DNA of 64,000 nt from positions 1,120,001 to 1,184,000 of the forward strand of contig CBDBKE010000004.1 of assembly GCA_965206645.1 (NCBI GenBank), given 5' to 3'. Under the pieces are notes generated by a model. That model was not told the DNA's origin, did no database searches, and saw only the letters and a program-made list of their open reading frames with translations. The position numbers were made by a program, and so were the translations under genes. This DNA comes from Terriglobia bacterium. GTDB lineage: Bacteria > Acidobacteriota > Terriglobia > JAJPHL01 > JAPKYU01. This document shows, one piece after another, positions 11,555-23,753 of the stretch (position 1 is the stretch's first letter; every line of letters starts with the position of its first letter).

Positions 11555-13822
11555 TTATTCTTTTTCAAAGCCCTGGCTCGTGAACTTTAGTGTCCGACTG
11601 TTCTCCGTTACCGTGCGCACGACGTGATCCGGGGCGCCCGCCGGCACCTCGGCTTCGATCTCTAGGGTCACAGTAACCTTGGCTCCCACCAGGCCGGAAA
11701 GATGCGCGATCACCTCGTCCGCAATCCGGCTCGCGTCGCGGCCTACCCTCTCTGCATCTAGCGTTGCGGTCCCATGAAACCGCTTCGGTTGCGGCGCTGG
11801 CGGTTGATCCGAAGGACCCCCACCGGGACCGGATCCGCCGCCTGGATCCGGGCCCTCGCCACCCGTCCCGCCGCCGGCACCTTCTCCGCTGCCAGCCGAC
11901 TGTGCTCTCTCGGCATCCAGCTGTCGCCGCGCGATGTCCGACTTGACGAGCAATCCAGGAGCATCCGCATCCGGTAATGAAATGACTTGCCCGCCACGTA
12001 AACCGCGATATCTCTTTGCCTCATCGTCAAAGCTGTCCGCGAATGCATACGCATCCTGTTTCCAGGTAAGGAGGGCGATGCCGTCGCTGATTGCGTTCAG
12101 CAGGACTGTTGAGTCACTGACCCGTGGCAGATAGAGATACCGCGCAAAATCCTCGACGATTTGTTTGATCGACACGTGGTCGCCGCGCCAGAGAGGCACG
12201 CGATCAAGTTCCATCCGTAGTCGAGTGGCGGCAAAGCCTGTCACCAGCAACTCGTCGCTTTTCAGTTTCTTGCTCGCCCTGGCTGCGAGCGAATGCTGGC
12301 CCGACAGCCTCATGGCCTGCCACTCCATCGAAGTATCGGGACGGGCCTGAACCGGAACCAGGAGCCACTGGTACGTCTCCGGGAGCCGGGCCGTAACCGC
12401 GCTGGACGCAGCCTCCTTTTGAATTTCGGCCTGCTTGACCTGATGAGGCGAAAGGTCGAGCTGCTCCCGCTCGCCGAGTATTGATTCCCATGCCAGGTAC
12501 CGCCGGACCGCCTCATCGAGATCCTGCAGCCTCGTCTTGTCTGCGGCCAGAAACACGAGCGTGTTGCGATAAATCCTCGGCGCGCTGCCCCTCGATTCCA
12601 GGATGGTTTGCGCAGCGGTCTCTGCGGGACTTCTCTTCTCTTTGCTGTAGGGCGTGTCGATTCCGAGCACCACGAGTCGTGCATCGAGATCATCCGGAAC
12701 ATCCTGCCCGGATTGCGGGAGAGGATGAACTCGATTGAAGTCGCCCGTGTCGCGGAGATCCGATCGGAGTCGCGCACCGAGCTCCTGCACCACCTTGTCG
12801 AGATTGCGCTTCAACTGCTCGGCACGATCCTCCGCCAGTTTCGTGACGGTTGGCTGTGTGGAGTACCAGTAACGAGGACCATCCTGGTAGAGGTACGTTG
12901 CCGCACCGGCCAGTCGCCGTAGCGCGTCGCCGAAGACCGCCGGAGACTCCCCCGGCATGACACAGCCGAGTTTGACGCGACGGTCCTCAAGACCCCGATG
13001 CGCCGCATCGGCGGTGGGGGCGGATCCGAGATAAATCGCTCGCGCGACGCGTCTGGACGCGTGGAACTTTCCGAGGTTCGGAACCGCGCTGTCAATCCGT
13101 CGCGGCAGCGAGCTGGGCCCGTCCACGTCTTTCTCGATCACCGGCACCCAGTTGTCGGGGAGATACCGGGTCAACTCGAACTGTACGCGTGGATCGTCGA
13201 TCGCGATGTTCGCCGGCAGAATCAGCGGATTCCTGTCGTCTTTCTCCCACAGGCTGTGAATCACAGCCGCCATCAACCGCAACACGCCACGCGTGCGCTG
13301 GAATTTCACCAGCGTCGACCAATCCGTGTACAGGCGATCGAAGATCTCGGGGTGTATCGGATAGGCCGCCTTGATCCGCTTCTCGTAGTCCGCGTCCCGA
13401 CACTCAGGCGGGAACTCTTGATGCTGTGTCCGATAGAACTCGGCAAATGCGCGGGCGACCACATCCCTATCCCTGAATTGGACAGGATCTGTGAACGGCT
13501 CGAAAAGCCGTCGCCGCACTATCTCGAAGCTTTCCTCGGCACTGGCCGGACGCCAGGACGATTCGATACGCCCGACGACGTTTCGCAACCGATCGAGTGC
13601 CTCCCGCCCGCGTTGCCCACCGACCTCGACGTCATCCGCCCTGGTGTGGGGGGACCCGGTCGTGTCCGAGGCTGGCAAGCTGATCACGAGCAGGCAGTTG
13701 TTGGCGAGTTTGGCCGATTCCGTGAGCACCTGGGCAAAACTGAATTGGGTCTCGAAGCCGCCGGCGGGGAGGTCGCTCTGGTCGTGCAGTTGGCGAGCGT
13801 AGGCCACCCACTCGTCGATGAG
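11555..13822 (-). pseudogene. DUF499-family AAA+ ATPase, N-terminus removed by IS3 at Walker B
   Basis: LIDEWVAYARQL, FEIVRRRLF, AYPIHPE, FQRTRGVLRLMA motifs; Walker A absent. Confidence 0.88.
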
Positions 13823-15072
13823 TGACCAGACCGATTTTTTGTACCAACCGTAGTGAGAGTTTACATCGCAGCCTGGGGCTGTGAAACTGGTTTCAGTGGC
13901 AGGGGAGGGCTATAGGCCCCCGGCGCCGGGGGCCTATAGCCGAGCGCCGAGTGCGGCCGCACCGTGTTGTATTGCACCCTCCACTGTTCAATCACCACCT
14001 GTGCCTCCTTCAACGAGTAGAAGATCTCTCCATTCAGGCATTCGTCCCGCAGCTTCCCATTGAAACTCTCGCAGTACCCGTTCTCCCAGGGACTGCCCGG
14101 TTCGATGTACAGTGTCCCGGTCCCTAGATTTGCCAACCACTGGCGCAGTTGTTTGGCGATGAACTCGGGACCATTGTCGGATCGAATCTGTTCCGGTATC
14201 CCTCGCCACAACATCACGTCCGACAACGCCTCAATGATTTGTTGGCTGCCCATCCTCCGCTCCACCCGGATCGCCAGGCATTCCCGCGTGTACTCATCCA
14301 GCAAGGTCAGCAGCCGCAGCGTTTTCCCCTCGTGCGTTCTGGCACTCATGAAGTCGTAGCTCCACACGTGGTTCGGTCGCTCCGGCCTCAGTCGTACACA
14401 GGAACCGTCGTTCAGCCACAGCCGTCCTCGCGGCCTTTGTTTTTGCGGCACTTTCAGCCCTTCCCGCCGCCAAATCCGCTGCACCCGGTCCTTGCCCACT
14501 TCCCAGCCCGCACTCCGCAGCAACGCTGTGATCCTCCGGTAGCCATATCGCCCGTACTTCGCTCCCAGGGCAATGATCGCTCGGGTCAGAGCATCCTCGT
14601 CCACCCGATGAATCGGCTCGTATCGTTGTGTCCCTCGCCATTGCCCCAGCAGCCGGCAGGCATGCCGTTCCGACAACCCGTGTTGCTCCCACGCACGCTC
14701 CACCGCACAACGCCGCCGCTCAGGGCTCAGAAGTTTCCCTGTGCCACATCCCGCAGTACCTGCTTCTCCAGAGAAAGCTCCGCTACCAACCGCTTCAGCC
14801 GCGTGTTTTCCTTCTCCAACTCCTTCAGCCGTTTTGCCTGCACCACCTTCAGCCCGCCGTATTCCTTCCGCCACCGGTAGTAGGTTTGGGTGTGGATTCC
14901 AGCTTCTTTGCAGGCTTGGGGCGCAGTCTTCCCGTTCCCCATCTGCACTTCTATCTGCCGTAGCACCGCTACAATCTGCTCCGGCTTGTAACTCCTTGTC
15001 GGCATGACCTCACTTCCTCCTCAAGTGGATTCTCTCTCTTTCCACTTGGTACAAAAAGTGCCGGTCAGGTCA
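13823..15072 (-). mobile_element. IS3-family element, copy 2
   Basis: Nearly identical to 8430-9679. Confidence 0.96.
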
Positions 15073-16157
15073 GTACGGGTTGCGCGGGTCGGTGCTGGTT
15101 TTCGGGGTTGACGACAACGCTGGCGGCGCGATGATCGAACGCCTGCACCATCTTGCCTTCGTAGAGCGGCACCCAGTCTCCGGACGGACTGGCGAAGCGG
15201 TTACCGCCGATGGGATACGCGCCCTCTTTTTCCTCAAGCTCCACCCGTGTGCGGAACAGGCCGGAATCGTTGGTCATGTGGAACATCGTCGAGTATTTCA
15301 CCGGCCATGCCTTCACTTCCCCACCCGATGACCGATTGACCAGTACCGGCAGGCGACCGTAGATCGCGGTCGTCAGCTCGGCATCCCGGCGGGTGTGGAA
15401 GATCGGCGCTGTTCCGGTATTCGGATTGACGCGGTCGAAGTCGGCCGCCGTCAGCGGAAAACAGCGCTCGGGATCGTCGAGTTCGGCGGCACTGTGAAGA
15501 TAGAATGCGCATCTTGCCGGATCTTTAACTGGCGATGGGCTTGCGACAAAGGCGCAGAACTTGAAGCGGCTGTCTACGTCGGGAAAGAAAACCTTCTTAT
15601 TCTCGAAGTCGTAGAGCGCCCGCAGCCTTCCTTGGGTCGAAACACCCTTGAAGAACCGCGCCGCTGTCTTGTCGGAGGCGATTCCGGAGGGGGTGAGAAG
15701 CCCGACCATACCGTCGGGTTTTACGATGGTCATAGCACGCTCGACAAAGAGCGAATAGAGGTTTATGTCGCCGCTGGACAGCAGGGGATAATCTCCGCTA
15801 GTTCGTGCCATGCGGGTTGCGGCCACCGCACGTTCACTGGCCGTGGCGAAGTCATGTGCAAGCGGATCGCCAGCCTTCTCAAGATCGGCAATCATGCGCT
15901 TGCGGTCGGCCGCGCGTTGGGCCAGGGCGATCTCGCGCCGCCTCGCGGCGAACCATTCAACCTGCTGTAATTTCATCCGGTCCCAAGGCGGATTGCCGAT
16001 TACGGCGTCGAAGCCGCCGTTCAGTCCGGTGCTTTCCCACTCCGACCACACGCCAGGAAACGCCACCTGCCAATTAAAGAAGCGTTCGTCGTCGAGGATC
16101 TGCCGTGCTTTGTCGAGCAGCCCAGCAAACCGCTCACCGTCTTGTGTTTCCGTTAAG
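15073..16157 (-). pseudogene. Type IIG (Eco57I-like) R-M enzyme, middle fragment with catalytic motif IV
   Basis: GGFDAVIGNPPW, DINLYSLFVER; joins in frame to 19207-21466 once the IS1380 unit is removed. Confidence 0.9.
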
Positions 16158-17805
16158 CCCGGATTTCCTTTTTGAAAACGCAGCGGCAACGTTCTGCTAA
16201 CCTCCAACGTCAATATTCATGCGGGTTCGAGCATCAACATTGCCTTCCGGAGGTGTACACCCAATGGGTGAGAGCGGAAAACAGGGATTTCAGCTGTCGT
16301 TCAACCGATTTCTGCGAGTCGGGTTCCAGGGATCACGAGTGACTTCCAATGGTGGACTGATTCTGGTCCGGGAGTTGGATGAGCGTCTGGGATTCAGCGA
16401 ACTCATTGACGAGCACCTGACCGATTCGCGGGCAAACAATGCGCGGTTGTCTTTCGCGGACCTGCTGCGGCAGTCGGTGTACAGCCGCCTGGCTGGGTAC
16501 GAGGATGTGAATGATGCCAAGCAGCTCTCACGAGATCCGACATTCCGGCTGATCGGCTCCGAGAAGATCTGGGATCGAGGGGCAGCACTGCCATCCCGGT
16601 TGCAAACCTTCGAGACGGACCTGCTGGCCGAGGATGGGAACTTCCCAGGGCTGGCACGGGTGAACCGGGAACTGATTGGCAAAGCAGAAGCGTTGAATTC
16701 GCCGTACCGAACAGTGCTGGACATGGACTCGACTGAGATCCCTGTCTACGGCGAACAGGAGCAGAGCGCCTACAACGGGCACTTCGAGTCAACTTGCTTT
16801 CACCCGCTGTTGCTGTTCAACCGCGAGGGGGATTGTCTGGCGGCCCAGCTCCGTCCGGGCAACGTGCACAGTGCCGAGGGTTGGGAGAAACTCCTGTTGC
16901 CCGAGATTGAGCGCCAGCAAAGAATGGGAAAAGAGATTGCGTTTCGGGCGGACGCGGCCTTTGCCAAGCCGGAGGTGTACGAGGCATTGGAGGAACGGGG
17001 TGTGAAGTACGCAATTCGCATCCCGGCCAACGATATTCTGCAGCGAGACATCGAAGAGCTACTGAAACGCCCCGTGGGAAGGCCCACCAAGAAACCGCTG
17101 GTCGAGTACAAGGGGTTCTTGTACCAGGCAGCCGGTTGGAAGACGGCTCGAAGGGTGGTGGCGAAAGTAGAGCATCATTCCGGGGAGTTGTTCCCGCGAG
17201 TGGGGTTCATTGTAACGAATCTGACGCTGCCGAATCGGGCGGTGGTGCGATTCTATAACAAGCGCGGCACCGCAGAACAGTGGATCAAGGAAGGCAAGCA
17301 GGCGGTGAAGATGACGCGGCTCAGTTGCCACAAGTTCCGATCTAACGAGGTACGGCTTTGGCTGACGATCATCGCCTACAACCTGGGCAACCTGTGGCGA
17401 CGGCTAGTGCTGCCACAGAGAATCGAGAAATGGTCCTTGACGAGCCTCCAGCAGCGGCTGGTGAAAACCGGAGGACGGCTCCTAAAACACTCACGGTACT
17501 ACTGGCTCCTGCTGGCCGAGGGCCATTTGACCCGACGGCTGTTTGCCAGCATGCTGGGGCGGATCGATGGATTGGCACTCCCGTCGGGATAGCCTGGGCT
17601 ACGGCACACAAGAAAACGATGCCGCTATCCCCCAGGTATGGAGAGTTGTCTGAAAAAGCTGGGTTTGGATGCTGATTGGACGGTTTTAGGGGACCCCGAA
17701 AGGGACGCTCGGAGCTGATGGTCCTCTCGGAGAAAACATTGTACTCGCTGGGACGCAGATGCGTGTATATTTTTAATCGCCGGAAGGCCAAAAAGGAAAT
17801 TCCGG
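16158..17805 (+). mobile_element. IS1380-family element, copy 1 (transposase 16263-17592)
   Basis: IRs CCCGGATTTCCTTTTTG / CAAAAAGGAAATTCCGG; LDMDST, FRADAAF, YNKRGTAEQWIKEGK motifs. Confidence 0.95.
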
Positions 17806-18055
17806 CTAAAGTCCCAACTCCTATAGCGGGACACCAAAAAAGAAATCCTGCCCACAAGCAGACCAGACCCTACCAGTTTCTCCAAACACAGCTCCCTCGA
17901 AGACCCATCGCAGACATTGTGCCGCAAGTAGTACTTGGAAGACACGCGTCCGGGCTTGCGCACCGTGCTCAGGACCTCCCTGTGTTATAGTTTCATCGAA
18001 ATGGCCGGCCTGATGGCGACAAGTGACCGCTTGTTGCCAACGAGGAGTCCAATGC

Positions 18056-18586
18056 ATGTGGAAAACGCGCAAAGAAGAAGTCACAACCAACGTGGCAAAG
18101 GAGGTGAGTCCTGTGGCTACACCCAGTGAACGGAGACCTTTCGAGCCAGAGCGAGAAGGATCGCCCCACAGTGGAATGGCCTACATCGGCAAAACCGTCG
18201 TCGTAAAAGGGGAGCTGTCGGGAAAGGAGGACCTGTACCTTGATGGAGAAGTCGAAGGCACGGTGGAACTGCCAGACCACAACCTGACCGTCGGACCCAA
18301 CGGCCGGGTCAAGGCCAACCTGCACGCCAAGGACATTACCATCATCGGCAAGGTGCAGGGGAACGTGCGCGCCATCGACAAGGTCGAGATCCGAAAGTCC
18401 GGATCGTTGATCGGCGATATCATCACAGCCCGGCCCATCATCGAGGAGGGCGCCTACGTCAAGGGAAGCATTGAAACCCAGCGGGCCGAAGTGGCCCGGG
18501 CGGAGGCCAGGAAAGCGGAGACGGCCGCCGCCGCTACCGCGCCATCGTCCCATGCCGGTTTCAGCACGGGAAAGAAGCTTCCTTGA
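18056..18586 (+). CDS. Bactofilin (polymer-forming cytoskeletal protein)
   Basis: IGKTVVVKGELSGKEDLYLDGEVEG...IEEGAYVKGSIE beta-helix; GAGGAG RBS. Confidence 0.92.
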   Translation: MWKTRKEEVTTNVAKEVSPVATPSERRPFEPEREGSPHSGMAYIGKTVVVKGELSGKEDLYLDGEVEGTVELPDHNLTVGPNGRVKANLHAKDITIIGKVQGNVRAIDKVEIRKSGSLIGDIITARPIIEEGAYVKGSIETQRAEVARAEARKAETAAAATAPSSHAGFSTGKKLP

Positions 18587-18774
18587 TCCTTCCGATCGGC
18601 CAGAACCGGACGCCACCTGCCCGGACGGCCCCGCAAGACCTAACATGTGCCCTATGGGGAAGCGGTGACCCAGCTTACCGAAAACCTGAAGAAGCTGTTC
18701 AAGCCAGCCGACGTGGAGCAACCGTGGCTTCCTCCTACCCCACCGACTCAGCTGCGCCACAGCAGCGGAGTGCG

Positions 18775-19148
18775 CTGTCCGGCCAGCCCGACCGTCCCGG
18801 GATTGCTGCCATGACGGCGCCCTCCGACCGACGCGTCCTTGCGGGCGTATCGCTCGCCCGCCAGCGCCGTCACCTCCTCATCGAGCAACTCCTCCACGTG
18901 CATCAACCCCAGGGGGACCAAGGACCGGATTAGCTCCACCTTGGCGTCGAGCTCCAGGTCGGAGTAGTCCTCGCGGCGGATGATCTTGACCGGACCCAGC
19001 GTGCGACCCTTCTTGCGCTTCCTGACAGGACGTAGGACACTGCTCATCTCGGCTCCTTTCTCTCGTGGGGTGATGTCCGTCTCTTAACGTCATCAAACCA
19101 CACGGGTGTGGGAGCCGTTTCAATTTCCAACTAAGTTTCGCTCACTCT
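18775..19148 (-). mobile_element. IS256-family 5' remnant
   Basis: LLDEEVTALAGERY...RHGSNPGTV N-terminus; terminal GAGTGAGCGAAACTTAGTTGG. Confidence 0.7.
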
Positions 19149-19206
19149 CATAGTGTGCTATCACGATGTAGACTACAGCGCTCATCTCGCAAAAGGGTGG
19201 TGCCGG

Positions 19207-21466
19207 TTAAGACCTCAATCTTGCCCGAGGCAATGTCGATGGGATCGCCGAAGATGCTGGTGAAGTAGGCGAAAAGCGCTCTCTTATTGTCGTGATCACG
19301 AATGTTCAGCCAGTCGAAGGCATGGACCAGGGAGAGGAAAGCATTCAATGGTGCCGTCATCTCCTCCACTTCGGCGAACACTTCCTCGGAACGATGGGCT
19401 TCAGCAATCTCGGCGTCGGTCAGTCCCTCGATGATCTGCATGGGAGCCGCGGCCCGCGTGGCCCGTTTTAACGGCCCTTTCAAAAAGAGCGGGCCTCCTT
19501 GCTGCGTCGCCCTGTCGATCCCGTTGCGGACCCATGAACCGAACAGGCTATCCCCGCAGAGGAGGTGATGATCCAGGAAGCTCAACGGTGCGCCCACCGT
19601 AAACGTATGCAACCAGAGCGCAACCTTGGCTAGTTCGACGGCCATAGGGTTCTTATCGACGCCATAGACGCAGCGCTTGAGAACCATGCGCCGCACGATA
19701 TGCCGATCGTCAAGTTGTTCCGCATTGATGGTCCAGCCGCGTTTCTCGGAGTTGTCTATGATTGTGTTGCGGATAGTGTCGATCCGCTCGGTCAGAGGCG
19801 AAATGTAGTTGTCCACCGAGGCTTCGGCATCGGCCATGGCCGTGATTACCCGGTCGGCGAGATAGTCCACGAGGTTGACCAGAAAGTGCCCTGAACCCAT
19901 GGCGGGGTCGCAGACTTTCAGTTCAAGCAATTTCTCGGCAGGATCGGCCCGCTTCAATTGGCCGATTCTGCGGTCCTCGGGCAGTGGGCTCGTGGCGAGT
20001 TCGAAATTCTTTGTAGTGAAATCGTCTATGCGCGACTGGACCAGCGGCTCGATCGTTTCCTTGATGATCAGGGCGACCAGATCGTCGGGCGTGTAGTAGC
20101 TGCCCGATCCCTTCCGCGCAAAGACGTTTGGGCGGAAGGCAATCTCGCCGTCCTCACGGACGATCTCGTGTTCGAGCAAACGCTCGTAGATCGAACCGAG
20201 TTGCTGAACGCCGAGGTCGCGATAGTTGATGTAGCGGCGGCCCTCGGTGGTTTGTTCAAACGAAAGCGCATCGATGACATCGGCCATGATCTCGTCGCCG
20301 AGCCGAATGTTGGTGAGCAGGGGTACGCGTTGCCGGTCGAAAAGACCGCCGTTATAGGGCGGCAGACCGATGGAGGTGTCGCCTTGATCGATAGCTCTGC
20401 AAAGATCATCGATGGCCGACCAGTATCGGGCAGCGCTCGCAGAGAAGACATCATCACTGTCTTTGCGCCGCCCGACATCGCCGCGCACCTTCTCGCGCAA
20501 CGCGTAGTCGTCGTAGCGCGTGTTGCGGACGGGCAGAAGGTCGCGGTCCTCGGCATAGAAGATGAAAAGGAGGCGGTAGAGGAGAATCAGGGCGGCCTCA
20601 CGCACTTCCGGTAACGGTGCCTCGGTCACTGCAGCGGCGATGGCGCGGGCAAGCGCGGGAAAGACCTGTTCGAAGACCAGAGCGGAAAGATTGGCGGCGA
20701 CGCGTTCCTCGTAAAACCGGCCTTCCTCGATGGCGCGCTGGTGGAACGTGCGCGGGTCGGTCGGCCCGGCAAGGAAAGCCTCGCGCCGGAAGACGAGCAC
20801 GAACACCTTCAGCCAGTGATGGCGATCCGCTTCCGTGAGGGCGAACAAACCGTCGTTATGACCGGGGAGATCGAGAAGCACCGCGAGATCGACTTCGAAG
20901 AACTGCTCCGAAACGGACCGGACGCCTTGATAATAGAGCCGCCACCTGGCGCCGTTGGTGAGGATGCCCCATCGCAGCTTGCCGGTAGTCAGATCATCCA
21001 CACGCCGAAGATAGCGAAGCATCTGGGTCGAGGGCGCGGTCTCCTCGCCCCGGCGCCCGGAGCGGCGATCCAGTGGGCGCCTCCATCGCTTGGACTCGAC
21101 GACCGCGAGGCCGAACTCGTAGCGCTTCCATTCCTCGGCAAAGCCGTTGGCGCGATCCTTCGCCGCGTCATCGGCAAACAGCAGGCCATCGGGCACGTCC
21201 TCCCGGCCGTGAGCGAAGAGATTTTGCTGGCGAAGGCTCACCGTCCACCCGAGTTGCCCAAGGACAGGCCAGATCAGATCGTCTTCGGTCTGGCTTTCAT
21301 TAGGCGAGCTAGCGATGGGGAAGCCTTCGAAAACATCCCGCACGGAGGCTTCGAAGGTGGCGAGCGCACCGTCACCAATGTCCCGCCGGTCGTCGAGACG
21401 AGTGACCGCATCACGAAGGAAATCATTGGAGAAGAGACTTCCCTGGATCGGGGTGGCACTGCTCAT
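19207..21466 (-). pseudogene. Type IIG R-M enzyme, N-terminal fragment (nuclease plus MTase motif I)
   Basis: VPDGLLF...VVESK, WGILTNG, RKGSGSYYTP, VCDPAMGSGHFL, YGVDKNPMAVELAK. Confidence 0.92.
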
Positions 21467-21607
21467 GCGTTGTCGGTCCTCGAATCAGGCCGTTGTTTCC
21501 GCATTACACCATGAGCCTTCAGGCCTCTATTAGGTGCCAATAAGCGGCCAAGTGGTCTGCACATTGTGGCTTGTCACTGTCTGCTTTCGCCGGGAAAACC
21601 GCAAATG

Positions 21608-21997
21608 TCAACTCGTCGAACCTGTAAGCGATGGGGCCTCATCGACAACCTTGATTAATGACTCCGCAGGTATGCCAAGCCCCTTGTGCAAACGCCAAAT
21701 CATCTTAAGGCTCAGTGGACGCTTGCGGTTCAATACCTCGTACACCCGGTTGCGACTGCCGATATACGTGACTAGATCCTTCGGTGCGAGCCCGTTCTGC
21801 TCCATGTGGTAGTGGATGGCGTCGATCGGGTCGGGTAGATCGAGAGGGTGATTCCGCGCCTCCCAGGCCTCGACCAGTGTCACCAGAACATCCAGGCGGT
21901 CGCCTTCGGGCGTGTTGCGCTTGGCCGTCATCAGGCCCTCAATTTCCTTGAGCGTGCGACGGTAGTCTCGTTCGGTCTTGATCGGTACGATTTCCAT
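21608..21997 (-). CDS. higA: HigA antitoxin (HTH)
   Basis: PIKTERDY...GDRLDVLVTLVEAWE...PDPIDAI...RVYEVLNRKRPLSL. Confidence 0.9.
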   Translation of the reverse strand: MEIVPIKTERDYRRTLKEIEGLMTAKRNTPEGDRLDVLVTLVEAWEARNHPLDLPDPIDAIHYHMEQNGLAPKDLVTYIGSRNRVYEVLNRKRPLSLKMIWRLHKGLGIPAESLIKVVDEAPSLTGSTS

Positions 21998-22007
21998 AGC
22001 TCGGTCC

Positions 22008-22310
22008 TCAAATCGATTGCGCGTCAATGGCGTCGTACATTCGGTGCGTTCCGATGAATCGAATGTAGGCGACTCGGTAGGGGTAGTTGATCCACACCAC
22101 GATGCGATACTTGTTGCCGGCGATGTTGAACACTGCCCTCCCGTCCTTAAGGATGCTGACGCTGCGAACATCCCGTTTGACATCGGCCGGGGTCGCCCAA
22201 TCCGCAGCTTTCACTTGTCTATACCAAGCCATCACCGGCTCACGGGCAGCGGTGTGAACGGGCTTGGCTTCAAGGAAGGCTTTCAGCGTAGCTAGGGCAA
22301 TAACTCGCAT
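22008..22310 (-). CDS. higB: HigB toxin (mRNA interferase)
   Basis: MRVIA...W..PADVK...VFNIAGNKYRI...IRFIGTH..YD. Confidence 0.92.
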   Translation of the reverse strand: MRVIALATLKAFLEAKPVHTAAREPVMAWYRQVKAADWATPADVKRDVRSVSILKDGRAVFNIAGNKYRIVVWINYPYRVAYIRFIGTHRMYDAIDAQSI

Positions 22311-22480
22311 ACCGAGCAGGAGTATAGTCCCATATTGGGACTGCGCTATGCAAGCCTTAACGTTGGACAGTGATTCCCGGCCCCCGCTTCGCCTCGGTGG
22401 GAATACGGCAGATGCCATGGCAGAAATCGCCTTTAACTTCGAACATCCGTACCACCTCCCGCCGATGGGGATCTTTGGCC

Positions 22481-22611
22481 GGTACTGTCAAGTTGAGCAG
22501 AATCTGCCCGTTTTGCGGAAGGATTCTGCTGGATCAGAGACTGAGAATCAATGACTTGGCGGTGGCGGCGGGCGGCGAGAATGCCGCCAAACTGCTTAAC
22601 TTGACAGTACC
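22481..22611 (+). mobile_element. MITE-A copy 2
   Basis: Same 131-bp sequence and IRs. Confidence 0.93.
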
Positions 22612-22797
22612 GTGCTCGGCTTTCCCGGCCCAGACGAGTTGCGGATCGAGGTGTGGGTCGTGAGCGTAGGTCTTCTTGCCGGCGTCCCGGTCGGTCTCCG
22701 GCGTGACCAAACCGACCGGCGGATTGTTCGCGCGCTCCTTGTCAGCGTGCGTGTAGTTCTCCACCTCACGCTCTTTGCTATCCTTCTGTCGCGCCAT
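22612..22797 (-). pseudogene. Type III R-M Mod methyltransferase N-terminal fragment, cut by MITE
   Basis: YTHADKERANNPPVGLV...YAHDPHLDPQLVWAGKAE, a typical Mod N-terminus. Confidence 0.75.
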
Positions 22798-23018
22798 GGC
22801 GTTCCTCTTGACTGGGCTTCTGTCTTCAATTCAGCAAAGTGATTTCAACCCCGTGCCCCGCACCGAGATTGTCCTGCCCCGATTGATGAATGCGTGTCGC
22901 TTGCTCGGCTGAGAATTTGGCTCCACCGACACCATCGGCACATTATGCTAAACATTAGTTTTAGCCGCGGATCACCGATCATGCCGACCCGCAATGTTGG
23001 TGTGACACCTGGGTGCCG

Positions 23019-23753
23019 CTACCGTCTGGTGATGGCAATCTCAAGGTATTCCCGTTGAATGTCTATGAGGAGTTGCTTCAATTGGCGTTCTGTGGGGTGC
23101 TTTTTAATTCCCGCCTCAACGATGCTGCGAAGTTTTTGAAGGTATTGGCCCTTTTTCTGCGAGTTCGTTATGCCTCGCCGCGACCACGATAGACCTTGGC
23201 TTCCGAGCACGTGGTAGGGGTGTGAGTCCAGATGGGCGTGGTTGTCAATCAAGTCCTCGAGAATGGTTGTCGCTTCGTCCACGGACGCTTGCGCATCGGC
23301 TGCACCTGGGTTTTCGATAGCTTCCCGAAACAGCAAATACGCCCATTCGTTCTCGACAAAAGGGTCGTCAGGTGAGATGCTCCGGGCTTGGTTCAGGAAC
23401 TGGCGGGCTAGGTTTAAATCGCTTTTCTCAACTTCCAGGCTCCCGCGCTGCAACCAGTAGTGGAAGTCCCAGCCGAGCATCGACTCGAGCTGCCCGTAAA
23501 GGTTACGTGTTTGTTCCAGTCGAACGCTACGCAGGAAATAGTCGTGGTTGATGAAATGTCGTAACATCTTCCACGAACGGGCCGATCTGCGCATATCAGA
23601 ATGAATCTTGCTGGCGGCCATAAACGCAAGGCCAGATAGAACGGACGCTATCCGTCCCTGCTTCTGGAGTTCATCATGCAAGACCTCAGCAATGACGCGG
23701 TGTCTAGCCTGAATATATCCTTCACGACGGCTCGTGACGATGTGTCTGTTAAG
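23019..23753 (-). pseudogene. C-terminal helical/TPR part of a large protein, probably SIR2/STAND-NTPase-like; truncated by IS1380
   Basis: ARHRVIAE...HYWLQRGSLE...TPR-like helices; frame is open up to the IS junction. Confidence 0.5.
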
